Source: Longimicrobiales bacterium (GTDB lineage Bacteria; Gemmatimonadota; Gemmatimonadetes; Longimicrobiales; Gaopeijiaceae). From it: DNA of 64,000 bases. Positions within the stretch are counted from its first letter, which is position 1. Each line of letters starts with the position of its first letter. Position numbers and translations under genes: made by a program. Shown piece by piece: positions 39,550-49,498 of the stretch. A model generated the notes under the pieces. It worked only from the letters and a program-made list of their open reading frames with translations. It was not told the origin of the DNA and did not search any database. The stretch covers positions 102,530-166,529 of the forward strand of contig JAWLHJ010000006.1 in assembly GCA_041690395.1 (NCBI GenBank). Reading direction: 5' to 3'.

Positions 39550-40554
39550 CTACTCCTTGAAGACCTTCATGTTGGTCGAATGCCCAGGGTTCACGCGCGC
39601 CGAGGGATCGACGAAGTGTACCGCGTTGTTCACGGCTACGGCTGCCTCAGCGAAACCCGTGGCGATGAGGTCGAGTTTCCCTTCGTAGTCGACGATGTCG
39701 CCCGCGGCATAGATGCCGGGAACGTTCGTGCCCATCTGCCGGTCGACGAGAATCCGGTTCTTGTCCACCTCGAGCCCCCAGTTCTTGATGGGGCCGAGGT
39801 CGGGCTTGAAGCCGAGGCAGGAGATCACGACGTCACACGGGACGTCCTTGTCCTCGTCCGTCCGGTTGTCGTAGATCGTCACCCGCTCGATGCAACCGTT
39901 CCCGTGGATCTCCCGGACCTCGTGGAACGTCTTGAGGTCGATCTCGCCGGCGGCCGCCGCGGCCTCCATCTGCTCCACGGTCGCGCCGTGGGCCCGCCAC
40001 CCGTCTCGCCGGTGCACGAGCGTGATGGTCTCGGCCGAATCCTTCAGCATGAGCACGAAGTCGAGCGCCGAGTCACCGCCCCCGACGATCATCACCCGCT
40101 TGCCGCGGAAGGCCTCCGGATCGCGCACCGCGAACTCCACACCCTTGTACATGAAGTCGTCGTACCCCGGGCAGGCGAGCTTCATGGGCTCGAAGGCGCC
40201 CTTGCCTCCGGCGATGACGATCGAGCGGCTCCGGAGGACCGCGCCGGAGCACGTCAGCACGAAGTGGTCGCCTTCCCGCGTGAGGGTCCTCACCTGCTGG
40301 TCGAGCACGATCTCCGGATCGAACTGCATCGCCTGCTTGATGAGGTTCCGGGAGAGGTCCTTGGCCAGGATCTTGGGATACCCGCCCACGTCGAAGATGT
40401 ACTTCTCCGGGTAGAGGGCCATGAGCTGGCCCCCGAGTTCGGGGAGGGAATCCACGATGCGGCAGGTCGAGCCGCGCATGCCGGCGTAGAACGCGGCGAA
40501 CAGCCCCGTGGGGCCTCCGCCGATGATCGTGATGTCTCGAATTTCGTCTGCCAT
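39550..40554 (-). CDS. Ferredoxin--NADP reductase, TrxR-like (YumC type)
   Basis: [45 protein letters not shown]; no CxxC. Confidence 0.88.
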   Translation of the reverse strand: MADEIRDITIIGGGPTGLFAAFYAGMRGSTCRIVDSLPELGGQLMALYPEKYIFDVGGYPKILAKDLSRNLIKQAMQFDPEIVLDQQVRTLTREGDHFVLTCSGAVLRSRSIVIAGGKGAFEPMKLACPGYDDFMYKGVEFAVRDPEAFRGKRVMIVGGGDSALDFVLMLKDSAETITLVHRRDGWRAHGATVEQMEAAAAAGEIDLKTFHEVREIHGNGCIERVTIYDNRTDEDKDVPCDVVISCLGFKPDLGPIKNWGLEVDKNRILVDRQMGTNVPGIYAAGDIVDYEGKLDLIATGFAEAAVAVNNAVHFVDPSARVNPGHSTNMKVFKE

Positions 40555-40647
40555 GAGCCGCGAAGCGTGCCCCGGTTCCGGGGCACGCGGGAGGTGCGAG
40601 TCCGTGGTCGGATGAGCGCCACAAGTGTAACGCCGCCCCCGGACCGA

Positions 40648-41922
40648 TCAAACGGCGGCGGACTCGCCCTCGGATCCCTCGCCCAGGTAGAAGTCCGAGC
40701 GCCGGTAGCGCGCCAGCCCCCGGGTGATCAGGAGCTTCCCGACCGCGGCGGCGGGCACCCCGATGAGGAGGCCGGCGAAGCCGAAGAAGTACCCGCCCGC
40801 GGTCAGCGCCAGCACGACCCAGACGGGGTGGAGGCCCACCGAGTCGCCGACGATCTTCGGCGAGATCACCGTGCCTTCGAGCCCCTGCGCGACGCCGTAC
40901 ACGCCGATCACCTTCAGGATCGAGATACCCACCGAGCCGCTCAGGAGGGCGATGACGAGGGCCGGCACCAGGCTGAGCACGAGTCCGAGGTACGGCACCA
41001 CCGAGAAGATGGCCACGATCAGCCCGAGCGTCGCTGCGTACGGGAATCCGACGATCCAGAGTCCCAGGCCGGTCACCAGGCCGATGACACCCGCCACCGT
41101 GAGCTGTCCGCGTAGATAGCCCGCTACGATCCGGTCGGCCTCTCCGGCGAGCTCGACGACGCGTTCCCGACGATCGTGTGGGACGAGGTCGGCGAGCGAA
41201 GTGGTGATGCCGTCCCAGTCGCGAAGGAGATAGAAGACCAGGACGGGCGTGAGCGCCACGTAACCGAGAATGGTCAGCACCGATCCGATGCCGCGTCCGA
41301 GCCCGAGCACCCCGTCCCATACCCACTGCCCGAGGGCCGACTGACGCTCCTGCAGGAAGGCGACCACCGCATCGCCGTCGACGGAACGGAGCCGCTCGAG
41401 CAGCGCTTCTTCGTCGACGAGCGGGATGTCGAGGGCGCCGAATCCCGCCGGCGGGTTCTCGAGCCAGTCCGCGATGCGCTCCAGCAGGTCGGGGATGTCG
41501 GAGAGAATGGCGCCCACCTGGCGTGCCGCCGCCGGGATCGCGAGAAACACCAGGAGCGCCAGCGCGCCCAGGGCGGGAAGCGTGAGCAGCAGGATGGCCA
41601 CCGTCCGGGAGAGCCCCCGTCCCTGCATCCAGTCCACCACCGGATCGAGGATGTATGCCATCACGACCGCCAGGATGAACGGCGCGAGCAGGGTGCCCGT
41701 GGTGGACAGAAGCCACACTCCAGTCAGCAGGCCGGCGGTGCCGACCAGCAGACCGTGTCCGTCGCGGTCCCGGTAGGGCATCAGAAGCGCCCAGAAGACC
41801 AGGAAGAGGAAGACCGGGTTCAGGATCGAGCGGGTCGCGTACAGGAACATCGCGAGCACGAGCACGACCGCCGCGGCCTCGACCCACCGCCACGACGGAT
41901 TCGAGGAACGTTCGGCGCTCAT
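40648..41922 (-). CDS. AI-2E family transporter
   Basis: AYILDPVV, YLRGQL, VPYLG, ISPKIVGDSVGLHP. Confidence 0.9.
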   Translation of the reverse strand: MSAERSSNPSWRWVEAAAVVLVLAMFLYATRSILNPVFLFLVFWALLMPYRDRDGHGLLVGTAGLLTGVWLLSTTGTLLAPFILAVVMAYILDPVVDWMQGRGLSRTVAILLLTLPALGALALLVFLAIPAAARQVGAILSDIPDLLERIADWLENPPAGFGALDIPLVDEEALLERLRSVDGDAVVAFLQERQSALGQWVWDGVLGLGRGIGSVLTILGYVALTPVLVFYLLRDWDGITTSLADLVPHDRRERVVELAGEADRIVAGYLRGQLTVAGVIGLVTGLGLWIVGFPYAATLGLIVAIFSVVPYLGLVLSLVPALVIALLSGSVGISILKVIGVYGVAQGLEGTVISPKIVGDSVGLHPVWVVLALTAGGYFFGFAGLLIGVPAAAVGKLLITRGLARYRRSDFYLGEGSEGESAAV

Positions 41923-41950
41923 GGACCCTCGCTCACTCACCGACCCTCGC

Positions 41951-42994
41951 TCAGAAGATGGACAGACGGACGTACCGCCCCGGGTTCTCGCGGAAGTCCG
42001 CGAGCAGGAGGTCCAGCTGTCCGAGCACGTCCTCGGCTCGCACGATGAAGGTCGAGTCGCCGAGCAAACGCCCGAGCGACCCCTCGCCCGCCTCGATGCG
42101 CGCCGTCATGCGGTCGATGCGCGCGAAGGCGGAATCGGCCCGCTCCAGCGTGCCGTCGAGTCCGCCCGTGGAGTCGGACAACGATGCCATGATGCTCCGT
42201 AGGTTCCGCGATGCCTCCGCAACGCTGACGATGACGGAATCGATCTCCGGATCATCCAAGACGCTTTCGACCCGTTCGAACGACGAACGGGCGGCCACCG
42301 CGGCCGTCTGGATTTCACCCAACGCGCTGTCCGCGTTCGCGGTGAGCGACTGGGCGACGACGGCCTGCTGCTGAACGAGCGCCCGTACCTCCTCGGTGAT
42401 CGCCTCGATGTTGCCGATGGCGCGGGCCAGGTTGTCCGCGGTCTCCTGGTTGAACGCGATCTCCAGGCGTTCCGTGAGATCGGCGAGGTTCCCGGAGATC
42501 TCCTCGGCCGACGCCGTGAGTCGGGACAGCTCCGGAAGCGCGTAGCCGCCGAGAACCGCGACCGGTGCCTCGGAGGCCCCGCCGGAAGGAACGCCGGCCG
42601 GTGCGGCAGCAGCCGAATCGCCGACCTCGAAGAACGGGAACCGCGGATACGACGCACGGCTGACGATCTCGGCCTGCCACGCTCCGAAGAGCGACTCCGG
42701 ACCCAGCACCACCGCCGCGTCGTCGGGAAGCTGGATCGTCTGGGCCAACAGGAGTCTCACCCGGACCGCCCCACCATCCTCCTCGACCTGGATGCTCGAC
42801 ACCTGGCCGATAGGCACGCCACGGTACGTCACCGCGTTCCCCTCGGCGAGCTGCCCGACGCTCTCGAGTCGGACATCCAGCGGAACCATGGCACGCCCGA
42901 AGTTCGAGCCCTGCAGCCACAGCGTCCCCGCCAGGCCGACCACGAGCGCGGCGAGGATCACGAGGCCCACCAGGAGCTCCTTGCCCCGGTTCAC
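41951..42994 (-). CDS. mlaD: MCE/MlaD family protein with long helical region
   Basis: N-terminal TM, LAEGNAVTYRGVPIGQV, GEGSLGRLL, ENPGRYVRLSIF. Confidence 0.85.
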   Translation of the reverse strand: MNRGKELLVGLVILAALVVGLAGTLWLQGSNFGRAMVPLDVRLESVGQLAEGNAVTYRGVPIGQVSSIQVEEDGGAVRVRLLLAQTIQLPDDAAVVLGPESLFGAWQAEIVSRASYPRFPFFEVGDSAAAAPAGVPSGGASEAPVAVLGGYALPELSRLTASAEEISGNLADLTERLEIAFNQETADNLARAIGNIEAITEEVRALVQQQAVVAQSLTANADSALGEIQTAAVAARSSFERVESVLDDPEIDSVIVSVAEASRNLRSIMASLSDSTGGLDGTLERADSAFARIDRMTARIEAGEGSLGRLLGDSTFIVRAEDVLGQLDLLLADFRENPGRYVRLSIF

Positions 42995-43740
42995 GGAATC
43001 GACTCCATCAGCTCAGGCCTCCCTTCGATGAATCCCTTCACGACGGGGTCGTCCGCGTTCCGGACCTCTTCCGGGGTCCCTTCGTAGCGGATACGACCGT
43101 CGTAGAGCATCGCGATGCGGTCCGAAACACGAAAGGCGCTCGTCATGTTGTGGGTGATCACGAGTCCGGTCACGGAGAGCTCGTCGGACATCCGCATGAT
43201 GAGCTCGTCGATGACCGCCGTCGTGAGCGGGTCGAGCCCGGTCGTGGGCTCGTCGTAGAGGATGTACTTCGGCTCCGTGGCGATCGCGCGAGCGAGCCCC
43301 GCCCGCTTCCGCTGACCCCCGGAGAGCTGGGAGGGCAGACGGTCGCCGTATCCCTCCAGGTCCACGAGCTGGAGGCATTCCCGGGCCCGGTCACGGATCT
43401 CCGCGTCGGTGTGCCCCCCCATGCGCTTCAGCCCCATCCCCACGTTTTCCTCGATGGTCATGGAGTCGAAGAGCGCGGCGAACTGGAAGACGTATCCGAC
43501 GTTCCGGCGCAGCACGTAGAGCGATTCCTGGTCGAGGCGGCTCACGTTCTCGCCGTCGACCCATACCTCACCCTGATCGGGACGAAGGAGTCCCACGATG
43601 TGTTTCAGGGCGACGGACTTCCCCGAGCCCGACCCGCCGATCACCGACGTGGTCTGGCCTTCCTGGATGGACAGGGAGAAGCCCTTCAGGACCTCGTTGT
43701 CGCCGAACGCCTTGTGGATGTCGACGAGCTCGATGCTCAT
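42991..43740 (-). CDS. mlaF: MlaF-type ABC ATPase
   Basis: GGSGSGKS, FQFAALFDSM, LSGGQRKRAGLAR, DEPTTGLDP. Confidence 0.9.
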   Translation of the reverse strand: MSIELVDIHKAFGDNEVLKGFSLSIQEGQTTSVIGGSGSGKSVALKHIVGLLRPDQGEVWVDGENVSRLDQESLYVLRRNVGYVFQFAALFDSMTIEENVGMGLKRMGGHTDAEIRDRARECLQLVDLEGYGDRLPSQLSGGQRKRAGLARAIATEPKYILYDEPTTGLDPLTTAVIDELIMRMSDELSVTGLVITHNMTSAFRVSDRIAMLYDGRIRYEGTPEEVRNADDPVVKGFIEGRPELMESIP

Positions 43741-44516
43741 AGCAGCACCGCCGCCCAGAACGCGTCGAGAACGAGGATGATCATGCTCGAGATGACGACG
43801 GCGCGGGTGGTCGCGCGGCCGACGCCTTCGGCGCCTCCGCGGGTATGGAAGCCGAACGCACATCCGACCGCGGTCACCGTCAGGCCGAAGGTGGCCGACT
43901 TGATGATCGAGAACTGGACGTCGAAGGGCCGGAAGAACAGCTGGAGCCCCTTCACGAACTCCTGCGACGACATGTCGAGGAGGAGCATCGCGGTGACCCA
44001 GCCCGACACGATGCCAACGCCGTTGGCGAGGACGACGACGACGGGAAACATGAGGATTCCCGCGAGAACCTTGGGCACCACCAGATAGGCGACCGGGTCG
44101 TAGGCGAGGGCCTCGAGCGCATCGATCTGCTCGGTCACCCGCATGGTCCCGATCTCCGCCGCGATGTTGGCGCCGACCCGTCCGGAGAGCGCCAGCCCGG
44201 TGAGCACCGGACCGAGCTCGAGGACCATGGTCTTGCCGACCAGGGTGCCCACGAAGTAGAGGGGGACCGTACCGGTGAACGTGTACGACGCCTGGAGCGC
44301 CAGGACGATGCCCGTGAACGTGGCGATGAAGAGCGCGATGGGAACGGACTCGACGCCCACGCGCGCCATCTGCCCGAGCAGATGGGGCGCCCAGAGGCTC
44401 CCTTTCCGGAGGGCATGCATGGCATCGATTCCCAGATACCCCGCGCGGCCGAGCGCTTCCACGGCCGACACCGCGCCACGGCCCACGGCCCGAACCGGAC
44501 TCAAGATCACGTCCAT
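43737..44516 (-). CDS. mlaE: MlaE-type permease
   Basis: ELGPVLTGL, GRVGANIAAEIGTMRVTEQIDAL, GGAEGVGRATT. Confidence 0.93.
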   Translation of the reverse strand: MDVILSPVRAVGRGAVSAVEALGRAGYLGIDAMHALRKGSLWAPHLLGQMARVGVESVPIALFIATFTGIVLALQASYTFTGTVPLYFVGTLVGKTMVLELGPVLTGLALSGRVGANIAAEIGTMRVTEQIDALEALAYDPVAYLVVPKVLAGILMFPVVVVLANGVGIVSGWVTAMLLLDMSSQEFVKGLQLFFRPFDVQFSIIKSATFGLTVTAVGCAFGFHTRGGAEGVGRATTRAVVISSMIILVLDAFWAAVLL

Positions 44517-44574
44517 GATCGATTATACCACGGACGGGAACGCGGCAAAGGGGCCACCCGGCCCACGGCGCGCG

Positions 44575-44922
44575 TCAATCGGACGCGCGTACGCTTTCCA
44601 GCGTGAACTCCACCTCTTCCACACGTCCCCCCTCTCCGGGGAGCTCGTAGGCGACCCGGATGCGCCGCACCGCCGCACGCGGATCGGTCACCGCGATCTC
44701 GAAGTCGAGTCCCTGGTCCTCGGACGCGACGCGGGTGCGCACGCGCTCGCCCGGCTCGGCCTCCGGCGGATCGGGATTTCGGAAGAGCGTCTTGGTGGAC
44801 TGGCGACCGGTCTCCAGCTGGCGGGTGACCTTCACCAGGCGCAGCCAATCCGGTTGGTAGCTGACCCCATACTCGAAGCCGCGCTGATCGGCTCCGGAAC
44901 CATCACGATTGTGTCGCGCCAC
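44575..44922 (-). CDS. Hypothetical protein (115 aa)
   Basis: Protein-like ORF in the gap upstream of mlaE; no recognised domain. Confidence 0.6.
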   Translation of the reverse strand: MARHNRDGSGADQRGFEYGVSYQPDWLRLVKVTRQLETGRQSTKTLFRNPDPPEAEPGERVRTRVASEDQGLDFEIAVTDPRAAVRRIRVAYELPGEGGRVEEVEFTLESVRASD

Positions 44923-44945
44923 CCGACCCTCCAGGAGCCCATGGG

Positions 44946-44970
44946 CGTTTACGAAGAAATTATGTAAACG
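44946..44970. promoter_or_regulatory. Operator-like inverted repeat CGTTTAC-N11-GTAAACG
   Basis: Perfect 7-bp arms with an AT-rich spacer; overlaps a minus-strand CATAAT 24-48 nt upstream of the 44922 start. Confidence 0.5.
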
Positions 44971-45081
44971 AATGTTTCTCCCGACGAGGCCGAGAAGTCA
45001 AGAATATCGTGACCGCGGATCGGTCGGAATGCCCGCGATACGCGCTCGTTCGGAAGGTGGACCCCTTCGGCTTTTCCTGAT

Positions 45082-46230
45082 TTATACCCTCAGGGGGACC
45101 GGCACGAACGTCAGGAAAAAGATCGCGATCAGCACCGCGCCGAGCACCAGCCGGGTACGGCCGATATCCGGCGCGCGTTGGATCACGGCCGGGTGCGTCA
45201 CGCGGCCCCGGTGGAGCACCGCGATCAGCACCGCCCAGGCCCACCACCCCCACCAGACGAAGCCGAGCGGCACGAGCGCCAGCAGGAAGAGGCGGGCCGC
45301 CCCGTCGGAGCGGTCCGGGTGCATGGCGTACAGCACGTGCCCGCCGTCGAGCTGTCCGAGCGGAAGCAGGTTGAGCGCCGTCACGAAGAGGCCGAGCCAG
45401 CCGACCAGGGCCAGCGGATGGAGCAGAAGCGGCGCCTCGCCGAAGGCGGACGGGCCGAACCAGCCGGCGAACGCGTGGGTCACGAGTCCGCTCCCGAGCC
45501 AGACCGGCTGACCGGCGAACTCGATCAGGAACGGCGTGCCGGCCGGGACGCTGCCCGGAACCGGGCTGGAAAGGGCCATGCCGACCGCGAGGATCGGCAG
45601 GGAGACGAGGAAGCTCACGAACGGCCCGGACGCGCCCACGTCGAAGAGCGTCGAGCGCCGGACGGTCGGGCCCTTCAGGCGGATGAACGCACCCACCGTC
45701 CCGATGATCGAAAAGTACGGCGGGAACGGGATGAGGTACGGAAGCGTCGCACGCACCCGGTGGACGCGCGCCGCTACGTAGTGTCCCATCTCGTGGGCCA
45801 GGAGGACGCCCAGGAAGGGAAGCGCGAAAGGCACCCCCGTGAGCAGCACGTTCCAGCGGAGGCCGGACGGATACGGGATGACCATGCGCCCCAACTCGAA
45901 GACGCGGGTCTGGAGCGGATCCCGTCCCCCCATGAGGGCGCCGGCCGCGAGCGTCGTGAGAAGCGTCGCGACCAAGAGAGCCGCGTGCACCCATGGGATG
46001 GCCCGGGGCTCCTCACGCATCTCGTAGACGAGCACCACGTTGGTCGCCCCCTCCTCATGGTCGAGATACGCCGGCGCAGGCCAACGTTCGAGCGCATCCA
46101 CGACCTCGGGAGAGGCCGCGTCGAGATCCGGCCTCAGCGTCCCCTCCAGCACCGTATCGTGCGCAAGGGTCGTCAGACGGTACGACTCGAGAAGCGGGAG
46201 CCAGAGGCTCGGATCAGGCTTGACCGCCAT
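45082..46230 (-). CDS. Site-2 (M50) intramembrane metalloprotease
   Basis: [26 protein letters not shown]. Confidence 0.92.
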   Translation of the reverse strand: MAVKPDPSLWLPLLESYRLTTLAHDTVLEGTLRPDLDAASPEVVDALERWPAPAYLDHEEGATNVVLVYEMREEPRAIPWVHAALLVATLLTTLAAGALMGGRDPLQTRVFELGRMVIPYPSGLRWNVLLTGVPFALPFLGVLLAHEMGHYVAARVHRVRATLPYLIPFPPYFSIIGTVGAFIRLKGPTVRRSTLFDVGASGPFVSFLVSLPILAVGMALSSPVPGSVPAGTPFLIEFAGQPVWLGSGLVTHAFAGWFGPSAFGEAPLLLHPLALVGWLGLFVTALNLLPLGQLDGGHVLYAMHPDRSDGAARLFLLALVPLGFVWWGWWAWAVLIAVLHRGRVTHPAVIQRAPDIGRTRLVLGAVLIAIFFLTFVPVPLRV

Positions 46231-46411
46231 TCTGGGCCCCATTACTATCGCGTCATCCCTTGTATTTTCAGGTCATTCCGTCCTGCGAGCCTCCCTCCGG
46301 ACGCCGCTCGCGGACCTCCCGGCCATCGTGGCCATCCTCCACGCGCATCCGCCCTCCGGCACGCCGCCACTCCCGGCCGTGTCTTCAGGGTCCCACCACC
46401 GGAGCCCTCCA

Positions 46412-47674
46412 GTGGATATCGCAGAGCTCAAGAGCAAGAGCCTCGTCGCGTTGCACGAGCTCGCGGAAGAGCTGAACATCAGCGAGCACAAAGGGCTCCG
46501 CAAGCCGGATCTCCTGCACCGCATCGAAGAGGAGCTGCTGGCCTCGACCGACACGGTACTCCGGGGAGAAGGCGTTCTCGAGGTCCTGCCCGAGGGGTAC
46601 GGCTTCCTGCGTTCCTCGGACTGGAGCTACCTGGCCGGACCCGACGACATCTACGTCAGTCCTTCCCAGATCAAGCGCTTCGATCTGCGCACCGGAGACG
46701 CCGTCGTCGGCCAGGTCCGCCCCCCGAAGGAGGGCGAGCGCTACCTGGCTCTCCTGCGCGTCGAGCAGATCAACGGCCTTCCCCCGGAGTCCGCCGCGGG
46801 CCGGCCGAACTTCGAAGAGCTTCGGCCGCGCTATCCGGACCAGCGGCTCGACCTCGAGGTGAAGGGCGGGGGCGGGAGCATAGCGATGCGCGTCGTCGAT
46901 CTCATCGCGCCCATCGGCATGGGTCAGCGCGGGCTGATCGTCTCACCGCCGAAGGCCGGCAAGACGACCATCCTCCAGCAGATAGCCGACTCGCTCTCGC
47001 GGAACGCCCCCGATGTCCACCTCCTGGTGTTGCTCATAGACGAGCGGCCGGAAGAGGTGACGGACATGCAGCAGCACGTCGAGGCGGAGGTGTTGTCGTC
47101 GACGTTCGACGAGCCGGCCACGCGCCACGTGCAGGTCGCGGAGATGGTGCTGGAGCGAGCGAAGCGGCTCGTCGAGCACGGCAAGGACGTGGTCATCCTG
47201 CTCGACTCCATCACCCGGCTCGCCCGCGCGTACAACACCACCGTTCCCCACTCCGGCAAGATCCTGTCGGGCGGCGTGGACGCGAACGCCCTCCAGAAGC
47301 CCAAGCGCTTCTTCGGATCGGCCCGCAAGATCGACGGCGGCGGCTCACTGACCATCATCGCCACGGCGCTCGTCGAGACCGGAAGCCGCATGGACGAGGT
47401 CATCTTCGAGGAGTTCAAGGGCACCGGCAACATGGAGCTCGTCCTCGACCGCGAGATCTCCGACCGCCGGATCTTCCCCGCCATCAACCTGAACCGCTCG
47501 AGCACCCGCAAGGAGGAGCTGCTACTGAGCGGGACGGAGCTGAACCGCGTCTACCTGCTGCGGAACTTCCTCTCGGACATGCCGCCGGACGAGGCGATGG
47601 AGTTCCTGCTGAAGCGGATGGCGAAGACCGAGAACAACCGGGAGTTTCTGGACGCCATGGCGCAGGGGGGGTGA
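46412..47674 (+). CDS. rho: Transcription termination factor Rho
   Basis: [50 protein letters not shown]. Confidence 0.97.
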   Translation: MDIAELKSKSLVALHELAEELNISEHKGLRKPDLLHRIEEELLASTDTVLRGEGVLEVLPEGYGFLRSSDWSYLAGPDDIYVSPSQIKRFDLRTGDAVVGQVRPPKEGERYLALLRVEQINGLPPESAAGRPNFEELRPRYPDQRLDLEVKGGGGSIAMRVVDLIAPIGMGQRGLIVSPPKAGKTTILQQIADSLSRNAPDVHLLVLLIDERPEEVTDMQQHVEAEVLSSTFDEPATRHVQVAEMVLERAKRLVEHGKDVVILLDSITRLARAYNTTVPHSGKILSGGVDANALQKPKRFFGSARKIDGGGSLTIIATALVETGSRMDEVIFEEFKGTGNMELVLDREISDRRIFPAINLNRSSTRKEELLLSGTELNRVYLLRNFLSDMPPDEAMEFLLKRMAKTENNREFLDAMAQGG

Positions 47675-47683
47675 GGTGGTGGG

Positions 47684-47907
47684 GGGCCTGCGGAGGCGAG
47701 GGGTTCGCGCCGCTCTGGGCCTCGTTTTTCCCTTCCCTTCCGCCCCGCACTTACGAGGCAACGACGCTCTGCGAACCCCTCGCCTCCGCAGGCCCTCCAG
47801 CCTCACCGTAGGACGAACGGGGCATCGTTTTTCCCTTCCGCCCCGCCCCGCACTTACAAGGCAACGGCGCTCCGCGGACCCCTCCTGCTCCGCTGGCCTT
47901 CAGCCTC
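47684..47907. repeat. Intergenic repeat: 25-bp perfect inverted repeat overlapping an 87-bp imperfect direct repeat
   Basis: IR 47684-47708/47771-47795; direct copies 47718-47804 and 47821-47907. Confidence 0.75.
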
Positions 47908-47921
47908 TCGGTGGGACGCGG

Positions 47922-48242
47922 CTAAGCCGGGGTGGCGAGCTTCAGGCCGAGGATTCCCGCCACGATGAGGGCGATGCAGAGGAGTCGCACCGGAGTCGCG
48001 GGCTCGTCGAACAGCACGATGCCCAGGATGGCGGTTCCGATGGTCCCGATGCCGGTCCAGACCGCGTAGGCGGTACTCAGCGGGAGGGCCTGGAGCGCGA
48101 TTCCCAGAAGGGCCATGCTAGCGACCAGGGAGACCGCGGTCCCAGCCGTGGGCCAAAGTCGGGTGAAGCCGTCCGTGTACTTGAGCCCTACGGCCCAACC
48201 CACTTCCAAGAGACCCGCCAAGAACAGAATGACCCACGCCAC
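47922..48242 (-). CDS. gdx: SMR-family guanidinium exporter
   Basis: W..LFLAGLLEVGWAVGLKYTDGFTRLWP, AYAVWTGIG (SugE/Gdx signature); upstream guanidine-II riboswitch. Confidence 0.92.
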   Translation of the reverse strand: MAWVILFLAGLLEVGWAVGLKYTDGFTRLWPTAGTAVSLVASMALLGIALQALPLSTAYAVWTGIGTIGTAILGIVLFDEPATPVRLLCIALIVAGILGLKLATPA

Positions 48243-48262
48243 GACTCGCCTCCGAGTCCGGT

Positions 48263-48311
48263 GTGGGGTCGTCCCCACCTGGGTTGTCGAGAAGACGGGG
48301 TCGTCCCCGTC
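48263..48311 (-). ncRNA. Guanidine-II (mini-ykkC) riboswitch
   Basis: Two GC stems with ACGA loops, GACGGGG-ACGA-CCCCGTC and GTGGGG-ACGA-CCCCAC, joined by a 15-nt linker just upstream of the GGAGG RBS of gdx/sugE. Confidence 0.92.
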
Positions 48312-48395
48312 CGTGATGGACCCTCCAGGCTAAACGGATCCGGGCCCGTTGGCCACGGCCGCAGCCGGGCGCACCGCCGCCCCCCGGAAGCCGCC

Positions 48396-48914
48396 CTACT
48401 CGTCGATCACGTGGTCGTACCGCGGGTTTACGATCAGCTCGTCACCTTCGAACACCTTTCGGTCCCACGGGAAGATCACGTTGGCGTCGGTGGTGAGCGC
48501 CGAGTAGTCGGGCTGGTAGCCGGTGGTGCGCGCAAAGCTCGTGGCGGTCCTGACCTCGGCGGGCTGGACGTCGCGGACGGCGGCGAGGGCCAGGCGGAGG
48601 GTATCACCGGAGCTGGTGATCTCGTCCACGATCAGGACGCGCTTGCCTCTCACGTGGCGAGGCGCCGCCGAAAGGATCTCCGGGCGCTCACGGATCTCGT
48701 CGCCGTGCTTCCGGGAGATGTTCATCGAGTAGAAATCGACCCGGAGGATCGAAGCCATGATGGCTCCGGGGATCACGCCGGCGCGTGCGATACCGATGAT
48801 CGCTTCGGGCGCGTAGTCGCGCGCGACCTTGAGGGCGAGGGCTCGGCAGAGCTCGCCGAACATCGCCCAGTCGAGCTCGAGGTGCTCCGTGGGAAACGCA
48901 TTTTGGCTGGCCAT
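48396..48914 (-). CDS. Type I phosphoribosyltransferase
   Basis: GIARAG, VLIVDEITSSGDTL PRPP loop, IFPWD. Confidence 0.88.
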   Translation of the reverse strand: MASQNAFPTEHLELDWAMFGELCRALALKVARDYAPEAIIGIARAGVIPGAIMASILRVDFYSMNISRKHGDEIRERPEILSAAPRHVRGKRVLIVDEITSSGDTLRLALAAVRDVQPAEVRTATSFARTTGYQPDYSALTTDANVIFPWDRKVFEGDELIVNPRYDHVIDE

Positions 48915-49019
48915 GGTGCTTCTCGTTGATCGGGGATTCCTAACTTAATCACATCGGGAGCCGTCGCGCTGCCGGGATGGTCGGTTGACGCGTCCCCCGG
49001 GCGCGGGCAGCTTCCCGCC

Positions 49020-49466
49020 ATGTCCGACACCATCGCGGCGGAAGCCGAGAAGAAGCTCGAAGCGGCCCTCGAGGCCGAGGGAGCACGGGACCCGCGGGAG
49101 TTCTACCGGGAACGGCTCCGCGAGTTGAAGGAGGCCGACCCGGACGCCTACACCCGGGCCGTGGCCTACTACCGCGACACGCTCCTCCCGTCGATCGCCG
49201 AAGGGGGCGCGGATGCCCTCGACGCGTGGACCGAGTACGGGCGGACGCTGGCCGAAGCGTTGGCCCCGGGTCGGACGGTCCGCGTCGACGCGACCGGGAA
49301 AGCTCACCCCTACGAGCGCCCGAGCCGTGCGGACCTCGTGCTGCAGATTCCCGGAACGAAGGGCGGCCGGGCCGTCCTGGTATCGCTGCCGGCCAACCTC
49401 AGCTCGGCCCAGAAGGCGACGTACGACGTGCTCGTGGCGGGTAAGACGCGCGCGCAGACGGGCTGA
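49020..49466 (+). CDS. Hypothetical protein (148 aa)
   Basis: Normal codon pattern; divergent from the PRTase gene. Confidence 0.75.
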   Translation: MSDTIAAEAEKKLEAALEAEGARDPREFYRERLRELKEADPDAYTRAVAYYRDTLLPSIAEGGADALDAWTEYGRTLAEALAPGRTVRVDATGKAHPYERPSRADLVLQIPGTKGGRAVLVSLPANLSSAQKATYDVLVAGKTRAQTG

Positions 49467-49498
49467 GGTTCGGGCCCGGGCCGGTCAGACCCGGGCGA

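Noticed and set aside
40626..40633. Single TGTAACG half-site upstream of the ferredoxin-NADP reductase gene
   Set aside because: No partner at 11-bp spacing; more simply part of a TACACT -10-like element.
47718..47907. Possible CRISPR array
   Set aside because: Only two imperfect 87-bp units, no repeat-spacer pattern and no cas genes.
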